Positions 38,188 to 48,833 of a stretch of 61,575 nucleotides of DNA are shown piece by piece (positions within the stretch are counted from its first letter, which is position 1; every line of letters starts with the position of its first letter). Below the pieces are notes generated by a model, which worked only from the letters and a program-made list of their open reading frames with translations, was not told the DNA's origin and ran no database searches. Both the position numbers and the translations under genes were made by a program. The stretch comes from Myxococcota bacterium (lineage in GTDB: Bacteria; Myxococcota; XYA12-FULL-58-9; JABJBS01). The stretch is from NCBI GenBank assembly GCA_036339465.1, contig JAYZAY010000044.1, positions 1 through 61,575 of the forward strand, written 5' to 3'.

Positions 38188-39137
38188 ACGAGGCATCCCG
38201 TTCGTCGCCTTTCTGTAGATTCTTAAGCTCTCAATCCAGAGATCTCCGCCCAAGCACCTAAACCAAATAGCCACCATCACACTGCCTCAAATGGGGCTCA
38301 ATTTCTATGGGTAACCCCATCTGCCGCAGTTTGTCGTGCCTCAGTCGGGCTTTAGGTTGGTTTAGCCATGTAAAAACTCCCTTGAGTGAACACTCCCGAT
38401 GAAACAAATCTCAGAATTCGATGCCAAAAGGTCCAAGCTTTGATGCAATTGACGCGCGCAAAAAAAAAGCAAAATCGCTGTATCATATTTTATGTCAAAC
38501 CAACAGTTGCGTTCAGCTAGAACCGCACCCAGGAAATCCGAATGCCAACGGTCGTAATAACCCGCACCAGCACCTTCACCCCGTCTGCCACTCAGAAAAA
38601 TCGTCAGACGTCTTCGTCTAGAGTGCGAATATTAGAACCGAGTCCCCCCCTATCCTAATCTGCCCACACACTCTCCAAAAACCTCCCTTAAACACACAGT
38701 CTGGTACAAATACCAGATAGAAAGAAAATTTCATGTCTAAATGACACCCATTCGTGGACCATTCAAAGCTTTAAGGGGAAATTTTATGGTCATTTTTCAG
38801 GCAAAATCCCCTAGCCACTCCGCCAAATGCAGGTAAGGTGTCCAGCGAATTCCTGTGGAATTTTCTCAGAAGAAATTCCAGGGATAGAAAGCGACCGTTT
38901 TCACTAAATTACCAATATCGGTCTGGATAAATGTGTTTCACCGTAGCCAACATGGCCCAAAAAGAACCCATGAGTGCGATCAACCAACGATTACCCAATC
39001 AAGAAAATTATACTAGGATTACACAAGCTCGTTGCCCCCCAACAAATGGGCACTGAAATCACTAGATGCGCTATCCCCAACCGACGAAAAACTGCCACTG
39101 ATATGGCCGCCTCCACACCGATACCACTAAAGAAAGA

Positions 39138-39152
39138 TGGCGCCACACTTGC
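39138..39152 (+). promoter_or_regulatory. Candidate sigma-54 (-24/-12) promoter
   Basis: TGGCGC-CACAC-TTGC matches TGGCAC-N5-TTGC spacing, about 50 nt before the 39201 start. Confidence 0.4.
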
Positions 39153-39200
39153 CAGGAGTGGCACAACCTAATATTTTATGATTAGAGGAGGGAACAATCA

Positions 39201-40085
39201 ATGGGGCGAGATATGTTTGGGCAGTATCTTTTGATTGAGGGCGTCGTAACCAAGCAGGAACTGGAAAAGGCCAACTCCATTATCGAACAGTCCCACCAAA
39301 CCATTGGGCTACTCGCTATCGAAGCTGGCTATATGCGCCCCACAGAAGCACAAGCTCTCAACCAAGAACAGCAGAAGCGCGATATGCCATTTGGGCGCTT
39401 GGCTGTGGAACAGGGAATCCTGAGCGACAATCAGCTGCAAGAACTATTACTCCGACAAACCCAACAGCACGTCGCCCTGGGGGAAACATTGATTCAATCG
39501 GGCTGCCTCTCCCAATTCGAATTCGAGCAAAGTCTTGCTGCATTTGCCGCCCATGGCTCCCAATATAAGGAGGTCCTTTCTCAACTCGAAAAAGAACTGG
39601 GTTCAGAACGCATCATCGAAAAAGTCATCGAGGTATTTCCACGACTCACCATGCGAACCACTAAAATTCTTATTAAGCTTGGCACCCCAGAAAGCTTTGG
39701 AACACACCGCCCCTCTCCCTACATGGCACAGATTGGCCTTAATAAATCAAATGACTTTGGTGTAGGTAACAACAATGCCATATATATCGGCCTTGGCGCC
39801 GACAAAGCGTTCTGTAGGAGAATCATGGATGGGATGTCTCGTGTCATGGCAGGGGGAGATTCAAATTTCGACTATGGAGACACTTCAGAAGATTTCGAAG
39901 ACCTTTTAGGAGGCTTCTTAGATATGGTTGTAGGGCACGCCCTCAAGCAATTATCGGCAGACGAAAAGACCAACTACAACATCGAACCACCAACCTACGG
40001 CCAGCCCTCAGGACATGGATGCGTTTTGTCATTGGAATCAACCGCTGGCGATGCATCTATTTTTGTATTGAAGTCAATCCACTGA
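39201..40085 (+). CDS. MshEN-like repeat protein with C-terminal CheX-like domain
   Basis: Four (F/I/L)G..L...G.....L repeats; DLLGGFLDMVVG and IEPP resemble CheX; strong AGAGGAGG RBS. Confidence 0.65.
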   Translation: MGRDMFGQYLLIEGVVTKQELEKANSIIEQSHQTIGLLAIEAGYMRPTEAQALNQEQQKRDMPFGRLAVEQGILSDNQLQELLLRQTQQHVALGETLIQSGCLSQFEFEQSLAAFAAHGSQYKEVLSQLEKELGSERIIEKVIEVFPRLTMRTTKILIKLGTPESFGTHRPSPYMAQIGLNKSNDFGVGNNNAIYIGLGADKAFCRRIMDGMSRVMAGGDSNFDYGDTSEDFEDLLGGFLDMVVGHALKQLSADEKTNYNIEPPTYGQPSGHGCVLSLESTAGDASIFVLKSIH

Positions 40086-40109
40086 TTACCCAACCAAAAC
40101 TCCACTGAC

Positions 40110-41195
40110 TTAATCACCCAACCAGGTAGGTTCCCTAATTAAAGTAACCTGAAAAAGTTCATGGACCCGATCTCCAATGGTATTGGCCAACGCCAGAATA
40201 TCCGTGGCACCTGCCTGCTCCGCGTTAATGATTGCTAGGGTGTGCTTTTCCGACAACCCTGCGCGCCCCATTCGATACCCCTTACTGAAACCAGCTTTCT
40301 CTATCAACCAGGCCGCAGGTACCTTAAACCGCTTCCCCCCTTCAGTGGGATAAAGAGGTAAACTCTCTTCTAAAATACCCATGCGGGATAATGCTGATTT
40401 AAGAGAGCGTAGCTCAGACTCGTCGACCACAACATTCGTAAAAAACGAACCAGCACTTTTCGAATTGAGATCATGGTCGTCTATCACCATGGATTTCTGC
40501 CGACGAATATTCAGAACACATTTTCTAATTTCAGACAGGTCATCAACCACTGTTTTCCCAAAAGCTCGAATCAAATCACGATAAACCAACGGCTCTACAC
40601 GTGTCTTACTTAAGCAAAACACAACTCCGGTGACCAAGTATTTCCCGAGCCAGTCCTTTTTAAAGTTACTTTCGCGGTATCCAAATCCACAGGCGTCACC
40701 TCTTACCAAAAATGACTGGCCATCCACCAAAGACATGACTTCAACTTCTTGGATTGAAGATGAGACTTCTTGGCCATAGGCGCCAATATTTTGAATTGGC
40801 GCGGCTCCAACCCACCCAGGAATACCGCTCAAGCACTCGATACCCGCAAAACCTGCCTGTACAGAGTGGGAGACAAAATCATCCCACACAACCCCGGCTC
40901 CCACCTTGATTCTCACTTCATTGTCGTCTTCTTTAATCACATCTAGGTTTTTCAACGCGGGCACAACCACCAAACCTGAAAGCCCCTGGTCTGAGATCAA
41001 AACATTACTGCCTCCCCCAAGGATGGTCACTTTCCATCCCTTACCCCGAGCGTAAGCCAAAGCAGTTTGCAATTCCCTCACAGAACCAAATTCACCAAAA
41101 AACTCGGCTTCCCCACCAATCCCAAAGGTCGTTCGTGGAGCTAAAACAACGCCATGCTGAATCGCGAGGTTCCTCGTTTTATCGGTCATACCCAT
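40110..41195 (-). CDS. murB: UDP-N-acetylenolpyruvoylglucosamine reductase
   Basis: TTFGIGG, LGGGSN, LSGIPG..GAAPIQNIGAYG, FGYRES, SAGSFF.N, KH.L, EP. Confidence 0.96.
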   Translation of the reverse strand: MGMTDKTRNLAIQHGVVLAPRTTFGIGGEAEFFGEFGSVRELQTALAYARGKGWKVTILGGGSNVLISDQGLSGLVVVPALKNLDVIKEDDNEVRIKVGAGVVWDDFVSHSVQAGFAGIECLSGIPGWVGAAPIQNIGAYGQEVSSSIQEVEVMSLVDGQSFLVRGDACGFGYRESNFKKDWLGKYLVTGVVFCLSKTRVEPLVYRDLIRAFGKTVVDDLSEIRKCVLNIRRQKSMVIDDHDLNSKSAGSFFTNVVVDESELRSLKSALSRMGILEESLPLYPTEGGKRFKVPAAWLIEKAGFSKGYRMGRAGLSEKHTLAIINAEQAGATDILALANTIGDRVHELFQVTLIREPTWLGD

Positions 41196-41270
41196 TCCTA
41201 ACCTGTGACCAACCGAAAGTATTCAGTCAATACAACATGATGAAATATTATTGAAGACACTTGAAAAGTC

Positions 41271-42005
41271 ATGAACCTGTACATCTACACCCTCTCCAGT
41301 TATTTGAAACCCTACATGCTAAAGGGTTTTCTTTTTATCTGGCTGATGCTCACCACACCAACAGTCGAAACCGACGAGGTGGACCCAAACACTGAAAAGT
41401 ATACCCTTAAGGAAAATAAAACCGATATTCCAGCCGAAACCCTCTGGGATAATCCCGGCTTTCGATTGCAACTTGGCCTAGGTTATCATCAAGGCCATGT
41501 CCAAGTCCTCGATGAGCCAACCCGCGGCTTTGGCTTCATGGTCCAACCAGCCTATCATTTTGGTCGCTATTTAACCACGAGTATCACCCTGGGCTACGAA
41601 GTGCTCATGAACGAAGTAACGGGCATCCGATGGTTTAGCACCGCTGACATCGGATGGAAGGTATGGCGGGGTCTCCAAATTTCCCTGGGACTCGGATTCG
41701 GGGGACTTATGTCTAAGTGTAAAAGTGATGCTTGCTATGACCGCATGATGAATTACGCCTACAATAAGTTGGAACCAATCGTTGATTGTAACAATTCCGG
41801 TCTTGCCTTGAGCGCAGAGCTTTCTTACCTTTTCGTCGTGGGCCCAACCTTTAGCACCGGGCCAGTCATCTACACAGACTGGCAATTCACAACCTGTGAA
41901 GAAGGCATTGGCTTACACGACCCTGAAACTGGGCGTGAAGTTACCCAAAAAGAAGATTGGACTCACTTCGGTATATTTAGTGGCTGGTGGTTGGCATGGC
42001 GTTAG
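41271..42005 (+). CDS. Hypothetical outer-membrane beta-barrel-like protein
   Basis: N-terminal hydrophobic segment, amphipathic beta strands, aromatic C-terminus (GWWLAWR), Cys pairs. Confidence 0.6.
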   Translation: MNLYIYTLSSYLKPYMLKGFLFIWLMLTTPTVETDEVDPNTEKYTLKENKTDIPAETLWDNPGFRLQLGLGYHQGHVQVLDEPTRGFGFMVQPAYHFGRYLTTSITLGYEVLMNEVTGIRWFSTADIGWKVWRGLQISLGLGFGGLMSKCKSDACYDRMMNYAYNKLEPIVDCNNSGLALSAELSYLFVVGPTFSTGPVIYTDWQFTTCEEGIGLHDPETGREVTQKEDWTHFGIFSGWWLAWR

Positions 42006-44560
42006 GACAAATCTACACCGGCCTCCTGATTGCCATATTCATGTCATCCTCCGCCAAAAGGGAAACAGCACCCCAACAAAATGCCGTCACACCTCCAATT
42101 CCCCTCCATTCAACAGAGATCCCATATCCAAAGCACCGACCTTCAAATCAGAAACTTTTAACCGTCGTCGCTCGAATGACCATCGACGAAGAAGGCCTCA
42201 TCACTCAGGCAACGATTATTCAATCTGCGACGCCAAAACTCGATGCATACGTCCTGGAGAAAGTTGCGTGGTTTAGATTTTCTCCAGCCACCGACAGAGG
42301 AAAACCCGTTGTTGTTGATATTGATTTCAAAATAGAATTTCCTCCCCCATTGACTCCTTCAGCAGAGCCAAAGCCAAAGCCAAAAACGCCACCACCAACG
42401 GGGAAAATACATGGCCTCCTTTTAGAACAGGGAACAGGTAAGCCCATCATTGGAGCCACCATATGGGTAAGACGCGAAGGATTCTCCCAAACTAAAACAT
42501 CAAACGAGAAAGGTCTATTTTCCATCGAGCTCACCCCAAGAGACTATGTTCTCAAAATAGATGCACCCGGATACTATCTCTTTACAGGCAAAGAAGAAGT
42601 GCGTCTCAATGAAGAGCTCAAAATAAAATACCTACTGGCACGCCAAAGTTACAAAAAATACCACAGTTACATGTACGGCAAACGCAATCGACACCTCATA
42701 TCCAGAGTCGCCCTTCGAGAAAACGAAATCAAAAAAATCCCAGGCACCTTTGGTGATCCATACCGCGCAATTTCAAGCATGGCAGGCGTAACCCAAGCCA
42801 TGTCACTTCTTCCCTACCCGATGATACGTGGCACCAGCCCAGGACAATCCGCTCTCCTCCTCGACGGTCTAGAAGTCCCCCTCCTCTTTCATTTCTTCGT
42901 ACTAAACGCAGTCATACATCCAGAATTTCTTCGAGGCATTGATTACTTCGCCTCCAACGCGCCCGTTGAATACGGTGGCGTTACCGGAGGAGTCATCGAT
43001 GGCAAAACCTATGGGTGGCGAATCCCCGATAGATTCACCATCGATGCCGATCTAAATCTCTTTCAAGCCGGAGCCTACCTACGCTATCCCCTCCCAGAAC
43101 AAAAACTTAACATTGCCGCATCCTTTAGGCAGGGTTACCCAAGTTTTTTAATGAACCTCTTAAACTCAGAAACCCGATCCTCCTATTGGGATTACCAGAC
43201 CCAAATATCCCGTGGCACGCCCCGTTCCGGTTGGTCAATTCTAGTATTAGGAGCGGGCGACACTGCTTACACGCTCCGGCATGCCGAGGATTTCCCGCAG
43301 TCAGCACCCACTTCTAGCCCTGAAAAGATACGAAAAAATATATTCCTCGGTTCCTTTCATCGCCTTGACACCAGATACCATCACCAATTCAAGGGCCATC
43401 GATTCCGACAACGGTTGACCTTCACCTACGAACAGACCGACGTCTTCTCCGATTCAAACCGCACCATGAGTCTATCCATACGACCTCAATCCACCTGGGA
43501 AAAACGGTGGCTAGAGCAACTTAAAACCATCGTCTTCACCAAAGCCCAAGTCAAAAGCCTCAAATCCCCATCATCGTTGGCATCCGCAGAATCAAGTGAA
43601 TCCAGTGGCTTCGTGCCAGAAGAAGGTCAACGCTTTATCACAACCGGGGGCTTCGACTTGATTTGGGAACCCAATGAAACACTTTCGAGTTCATTGGGAT
43701 TTCGAATCGATTGGTATAAACAAGATGACATCGACCACCTTGCTTATGACCCCCGACTTCGAACCTCAATCAAATTGGGCACTCTTTACGACATGCCCTT
43801 TTTCCTCAACACAGGGATTGGTATTTATCATCAAGCCCCCCGGTCAAGCATTCCTATTCCAGGCCTACAAATAATCGGACTCAACATGGGGCTGATCCGG
43901 TCCTACCAGGGGACACTGGCAGTGGTAGTAGAACCCGCCCTCAACTGGCAAGTGTCGCTCGAAAGCTACTACAATCATTTGAACCCTCTCTATGTGGATT
44001 TTGGACTCAACGAGCTTACCTGGGAACAAGAGTACGACGATGACATTAATGACCACATATCAAACGAGAACAAGCAAACCGACACCCAAAACAACCCTAC
44101 CTTGGTAGGCATCATCGGTGAACGTAAAGGGCGGTCCTATGGTTTCGAACTCACCCTACGTAAGAAGACATCAGGAAACTTCTTCGGTTGGCTTAGCTAT
44201 GCCTGGGCCAAAAGCCATCGAAATAAAGGAGAAGGCTGGTTTCGTTTTGATTTTGACCGAAATCATATTATCAACTGTGTTGCCGGTTTCAATCTGCCCA
44301 ACAATTGGGAGTTTGGCCTTCGCTTTTCATTTCAATCGGGAACGCCACTCAACACTTCAAATGGAATCAATACGGGTCAAAGCGCCCCCCAGTATAGGCT
44401 CGACTTGAGAATCGACAAGAGAGCCGTGTGGAATAACTGGCTACTAGATTTTTATATAGACATCCTGAATGCATCCTTAAGTGGAGAAACAGGCGGCACC
44501 CTCTCAAATGATACCTTTCGTATCATCATCCCAACCATCGGCATGAGAGCCATTTTCTAG
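41987..44560 (+). CDS. TonB-dependent receptor with N-terminal TonB-C and carboxypeptidase-regulatory-like domains
   Basis: YP...IDEEG...FRFSPA TonB-C domain; PGTFGDP plug; IRG.SPG; GRSYGFE; FDR.H; C-terminal Phe. Confidence 0.85.
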   Translation: MVGMALGQIYTGLLIAIFMSSSAKRETAPQQNAVTPPIPLHSTEIPYPKHRPSNQKLLTVVARMTIDEEGLITQATIIQSATPKLDAYVLEKVAWFRFSPATDRGKPVVVDIDFKIEFPPPLTPSAEPKPKPKTPPPTGKIHGLLLEQGTGKPIIGATIWVRREGFSQTKTSNEKGLFSIELTPRDYVLKIDAPGYYLFTGKEEVRLNEELKIKYLLARQSYKKYHSYMYGKRNRHLISRVALRENEIKKIPGTFGDPYRAISSMAGVTQAMSLLPYPMIRGTSPGQSALLLDGLEVPLLFHFFVLNAVIHPEFLRGIDYFASNAPVEYGGVTGGVIDGKTYGWRIPDRFTIDADLNLFQAGAYLRYPLPEQKLNIAASFRQGYPSFLMNLLNSETRSSYWDYQTQISRGTPRSGWSILVLGAGDTAYTLRHAEDFPQSAPTSSPEKIRKNIFLGSFHRLDTRYHHQFKGHRFRQRLTFTYEQTDVFSDSNRTMSLSIRPQSTWEKRWLEQLKTIVFTKAQVKSLKSPSSLASAESSESSGFVPEEGQRFITTGGFDLIWEPNETLSSSLGFRIDWYKQDDIDHLAYDPRLRTSIKLGTLYDMPFFLNTGIGIYHQAPRSSIPIPGLQIIGLNMGLIRSYQGTLAVVVEPALNWQVSLESYYNHLNPLYVDFGLNELTWEQEYDDDINDHISNENKQTDTQNNPTLVGIIGERKGRSYGFELTLRKKTSGNFFGWLSYAWAKSHRNKGEGWFRFDFDRNHIINCVAGFNLPNNWEFGLRFSFQSGTPLNTSNGINTGQSAPQYRLDLRIDKRAVWNNWLLDFYIDILNASLSGETGGTLSNDTFRIIIPTIGMRAIF

Positions 44561-44636
44561 ATATTATCAACACCCATACCCGAAAACCCTTGCCCTGCCA
44601 GCGTCGCCTAAGCATCCCCTTGGGTCCAAACTCAAC

Positions 44637-45617
44637 TTATCGCTTTTCATCCTCTTCATCCACCGGTACTGGTTGTGGTGAAGGCGCGGTTGGGTCGTAC
44701 GGCTTTTCCGGAGATTGCGGAACAACGTTGCGCATTATCTTCAAACGATAATCCTCGGTTCGGATATCAACACTCCCCAAACCAGCCTCCGGTGAATCCT
44801 CACTTAGGGACACGACCTTGGAACATAAGCCACCGCTTTCCTGTTGCAGAAAGCTAATGGCATTGCCATCCATAGGGCGACATTCACTTGAGTATCGCTT
44901 CTCCAGCTCCAAGTGAGCGTAGTTATCTGAAAACACAACCTTTCGGAAATCTGTAAGATCTAGTTCGACATCGGCCAAAAGACGTTTGCAAAATGACTCA
45001 ACAGTATCGATGGAACAAATCCTTCGAAGTGCCGCCCTTTGCACCTCCTGAAAATCGTCAAAAGCCTTAAGTTTCACAAGAAAATCCTTAAACGAAATAT
45101 CAAAAATACCATTCACTTGTGCAACCGATCTGTCTCCCGGGAGACGATTGGGGGAAAATTGGTCCCTCAAAAGCTTTTGAATCGCTTTTTCCAACGCCAA
45201 AACAGCTTCTCGATTATCGACATGTACTGTGGGAGCAATTTCGGTCAGCTGCACAAACGTGGGTAAATCAGAACGATCTCGAAGTTGGTTTAAGGGAACC
45301 CGAACCTCCCCATTGAGATACTCCCCCTCTAAATAACGGTCTTTTATTGTTTCACTGGCCACGACCCATGCCCGTGCTTTCTCGGCGCTTTGATCGGTAA
45401 AAGTGGTCATATCTCCGCCGCAACCACCGACACTAGCCTCTCGGCTCATAGCTTGGTCTGCCATCGTACCAGATGCACCCAATTCCCCCAAGAATGCCAC
45501 CATCAACATGGCAACGGTCACCACCACACCACCCTGAATGGGCCTGTTTTTTCTATTCCTCATTCCCATTCTCCAATCGAGGTAAACGACCCAAAAAAAG
45601 TAAAAGTATATACCCAA
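44637..45617 (-). CDS. Hypothetical secreted or membrane-anchored protein
   Basis: Long ORF with a signal-like segment; true start probably downstream (MGMRNRK). Confidence 0.6.
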   Translation of the reverse strand: MGIYFYFFWVVYLDWRMGMRNRKNRPIQGGVVVTVAMLMVAFLGELGASGTMADQAMSREASVGGCGGDMTTFTDQSAEKARAWVVASETIKDRYLEGEYLNGEVRVPLNQLRDRSDLPTFVQLTEIAPTVHVDNREAVLALEKAIQKLLRDQFSPNRLPGDRSVAQVNGIFDISFKDFLVKLKAFDDFQEVQRAALRRICSIDTVESFCKRLLADVELDLTDFRKVVFSDNYAHLELEKRYSSECRPMDGNAISFLQQESGGLCSKVVSLSEDSPEAGLGSVDIRTEDYRLKIMRNVVPQSPEKPYDPTAPSPQPVPVDEEDEKR

Positions 45618-45824
45618 AACTTAGTGCATATACTGGGCCAAATTGGAGGGAGCTTTGGATAATATTATTTAACCACTCATATTAATCACTTAAAATAAAA
45701 GGGGCTAAAAACGGCAATTAAGAATAGAAAAAGATGAACATCTCGTTCATTATTTCAGAGAATATACACCAAAAATACGTAAATACTGAATAAAACGCTT
45801 CAAAATAAGAAGATATTCCCCCCC

Positions 45825-46421
45825 TTAGAGCAAAAGGGAATCCAACCCTTGCTTGCGAAGCAGTGAAGCGAGCGTTACCATGGGCAAGCCAGAAATAGCA
45901 CCTTCTTCAGCGCCACACACCTCCTCGAAAAGAAGGTAACCATGCTCTTCAAAAACATACCCTCCAACACACCCCACGGGATTGTCCTTGGAGAGATAGT
46001 TGTCAATCATCTCCTCGGTCAGAGGCCGCATACGAAGATTAACGGTGACCACTTCCGTCAAGCAAGTACCCAAAGAGTCATCCCAGAGAGCTAAACCGCT
46101 GTGCAACTGGTGCTCCTTCCCTGACAACCGCACCAGTTGTTCTTTTACCTGAGATAAACTTGAAGGTTTGGTCAACAACCCTAAATCATCTTCCGCAGTT
46201 TGGTCCGCACCGATGATCAGGGCGTGAGCAAAAGAACTCGACAAGGATTTCGCTTTTCCCATTGAATAAAGACGGGCCATATCCACTGGCGCCAAAGCCT
46301 CATCGTGGTTTTCTTGAAAATCTGGGGAGGCATATTTGATAGGAAACCCCAAGCGTTTCGAAAGTGCTCGCCGCACCATAGAGCTGCTTCCCAATATGAC
46401 CTCTCGTTTTCGTTCTTGCAT
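45825..46421 (-). CDS. maf: Maf-family nucleoside triphosphate pyrophosphatase
   Basis: ILGSSS..R, KA.S, IIGADQ, KP, LSG.EH, G.Y..E, GLP. Confidence 0.9.
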   Translation of the reverse strand: MQERKREVILGSSSMVRRALSKRLGFPIKYASPDFQENHDEALAPVDMARLYSMGKAKSLSSSFAHALIIGADQTAEDDLGLLTKPSSLSQVKEQLVRLSGKEHQLHSGLALWDDSLGTCLTEVVTVNLRMRPLTEEMIDNYLSKDNPVGCVGGYVFEEHGYLLFEEVCGAEEGAISGLPMVTLASLLRKQGLDSLLL

Positions 46422-46694
46422 TAATCATCCTCTCTAGACGAATCATTCACCCTCCTGCAATAAAAGCAGACGAGTGTACAGACTTTCTTTCGCAAAGCGA
46501 TTCGTCCGTTATTGTACACACCATCCCTTTACTGCCAAATAAACAACGCTTCCCAAAATATTTTTTATCAGCTCTTCTTCATTGTGTTCTGATTCAGAGA
46601 GGGGTCGCATCAGCCGCACCGAAACATTTACCCCTGGCCACTGAGTGCACTGATCACGTTGGGCCTCACCAAGGAAGAAGGCAAAGGCAGAAAC

Positions 46695-46729
<35 letters not shown>

Positions 46730-47898
46730 TAACCAACGGAGGCGTAAAACCGATAATGTTTCCGTGGGTTGGTTTCGCTATCAATCCATTGTCCTTAATC
46801 CGAAGACACTGCCCCCAAGCAGCAGAACTTTCGCGACTGTCATCGATAACAAGTGAATTTAAAAGTCCCCGTCCCCTCACCAAAGAGCTCATGTCGTGTT
46901 CTTGAGCGAGTTCATTCATCCGGCTTCTAAAAATATATCCAAGTCGTTCAGCGTTCTCAGTCATCTTTTCAGACTTCAGCACTTCCAAAGCAGTCAGCGC
47001 CATGCGGCAGGCAAGTGGGTTTCCACCGTAGGTAGAGCCGTGCTGTCCGGGCTTAATCGTCAACATAATTTCATCCCGAGCCAAAACCGCCGACACCGGC
47101 AAAGCCCCACCGGACAGAGTTTTTCCCAAGATATGAATATCTGGTTTCACTTCATAATGGTCACAACAAAGCAATTTCCCCGTTCGACCAATACCCCTCT
47201 GCACTTCATCGGCAATAAGTAAAACATTGTGGCTACGACAAAGCGCGTAAACCTTCTTCATGTAACCCTCTTGGGGTACCACCACACCTGCCTCGCCCTG
47301 AATCGGTTCAACCCATAAAGCCAGCCACATTTTCATATTGAAGGGCTTTTTCCAGTGCTTCGAGGTCATTGTAGTCAACCATTTCAAAACCGGGCGTATA
47401 TGGGCCATAGCCTTCGTGACAATCCCGGTCGGTAGAAGAGGAACACCCAGCAAGAGTGCGTCCCCAAAAGTTATTATTCGCAAAAAGGATTTTTGCTTTA
47501 TTCAGCGCCACACCCTTGACTTGGTAGGCCCATTTTCGGCAAAGCTTGACTGCCGTCTCGCCACCTTCAACGCGGTATTCATAAGAAGAACTCTGTCGTA
47601 ACCGAAATAGTCAGTCACATACCGTTCATACTGCCCCAATACGTCGTTATAGAAGGCCCTAGAAGTCAGGGTAAGAACTTCGGCTTGTTCACCTAGGGTT
47701 TGTAGTATTTTAGGATGGCAATGCCCTTGATTCACAGCCGAGTATGCCGAGAGAAAGTCGAAATACTGTTTACCTTCTACCTCCCAAATTTTCGTCCCAA
47801 GTCCTTTACTCAAAACAACCGGTACTGGGTGATAATTATGAGGGCCATACTTGTCTTCTAAGGCCATGAGTTCTTCCGAGGATAGACTTTTTTTGCAT
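46730..47898 (-). pseudogene. rocD: Ornithine aminotransferase, frameshifted and C-terminally truncated
   Basis: [55 protein letters not shown] spread over shifted frames; shifts near 47573 and 47313. Confidence 0.9.
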
Positions 47899-48092
47899 TT
47901 CACCACACACACTCATGAATAACTCCGAATCAATCGGGCTGTTAGGACCTTCTAGCTTAGAAATGACCCAGCTAAAAGCCCTGTCCAAGAAACGATTAGC
48001 TCGAAAAATGTGCCACGATTTCAGCAAAATCGGCGAGTTTGACCACTTCTATTTGCACTCTAATGACGCAGTGCTCTATAATAGAGATAAGG

Positions 48093-48803
48093 ATGTATGT
48101 TTTGACCGACGATGAGCATGAATTCTCCCACGAACTTTTCAAGGCCTATCCGTCTGAAAAAAGGGGGGTGGTAGAGAGAGTCACTGGGCTAACAAGCCGA
48201 GCCATGAAGCTGGCTAGTAGCGCAAAAGGAGTCTCCTATCGGGTCGGTAAAGCCATCCTAAATTCGCCGGATCACATTAAGGCCATGCAAGAGGCAGGTG
48301 CCTACCTCAAAGATCTCAGGGAAATCGCCGGCCTCACCACCCACGAACTCAACGAAGCCCTAGAACTTAAAGACAAAGATTTGATCGCGGCAGCTGAAAA
48401 CGGGACGGCGATCCTCTCATTCGAACTTATCCTTCGATTGGCCGCCCTCGTAGCAAGACATGACCCCATCCCGTTCATCATGAAAGCCGTGCGTGCCTAT
48501 AATCCCGACGCTTGGGAAATTCTCGAGGCTTGGGGCGTCTCCAAAATTCCACTCCACATAGAACGCGAAAGGGAATTCATCAACATATTCCGAAGTTGTG
48601 ATGCAGCACGAGAGCTGAGTGACAAGTCCTATCAAAAGGTTCTCGATTTTACGAAGAGTGCTTTTAATATGGCCATTCAGTTGCATCAGGACGTAGCAAA
48701 TCCCAAAAATCCAACAGACTCTGAAGTAAAGGAAAAGTCCGGAAAAATTAAAGAGACACCCAGTGCAACTCCCCCTTCATCTCAGAACGAACCAAACCCT
48801 TAG
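48093..48803 (+). CDS. XRE-family helix-turn-helix protein
   Basis: GAYLKDLREIAGLT..EL...L...I.AAENG pattern; start uncertain. Confidence 0.75.
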   Translation: MYVLTDDEHEFSHELFKAYPSEKRGVVERVTGLTSRAMKLASSAKGVSYRVGKAILNSPDHIKAMQEAGAYLKDLREIAGLTTHELNEALELKDKDLIAAAENGTAILSFELILRLAALVARHDPIPFIMKAVRAYNPDAWEILEAWGVSKIPLHIEREREFINIFRSCDAARELSDKSYQKVLDFTKSAFNMAIQLHQDVANPKNPTDSEVKEKSGKIKETPSATPPSSQNEPNP

Positions 48804-48833
48804 CCCCCCAAAAAAACCGCATTACCCAAAAGA

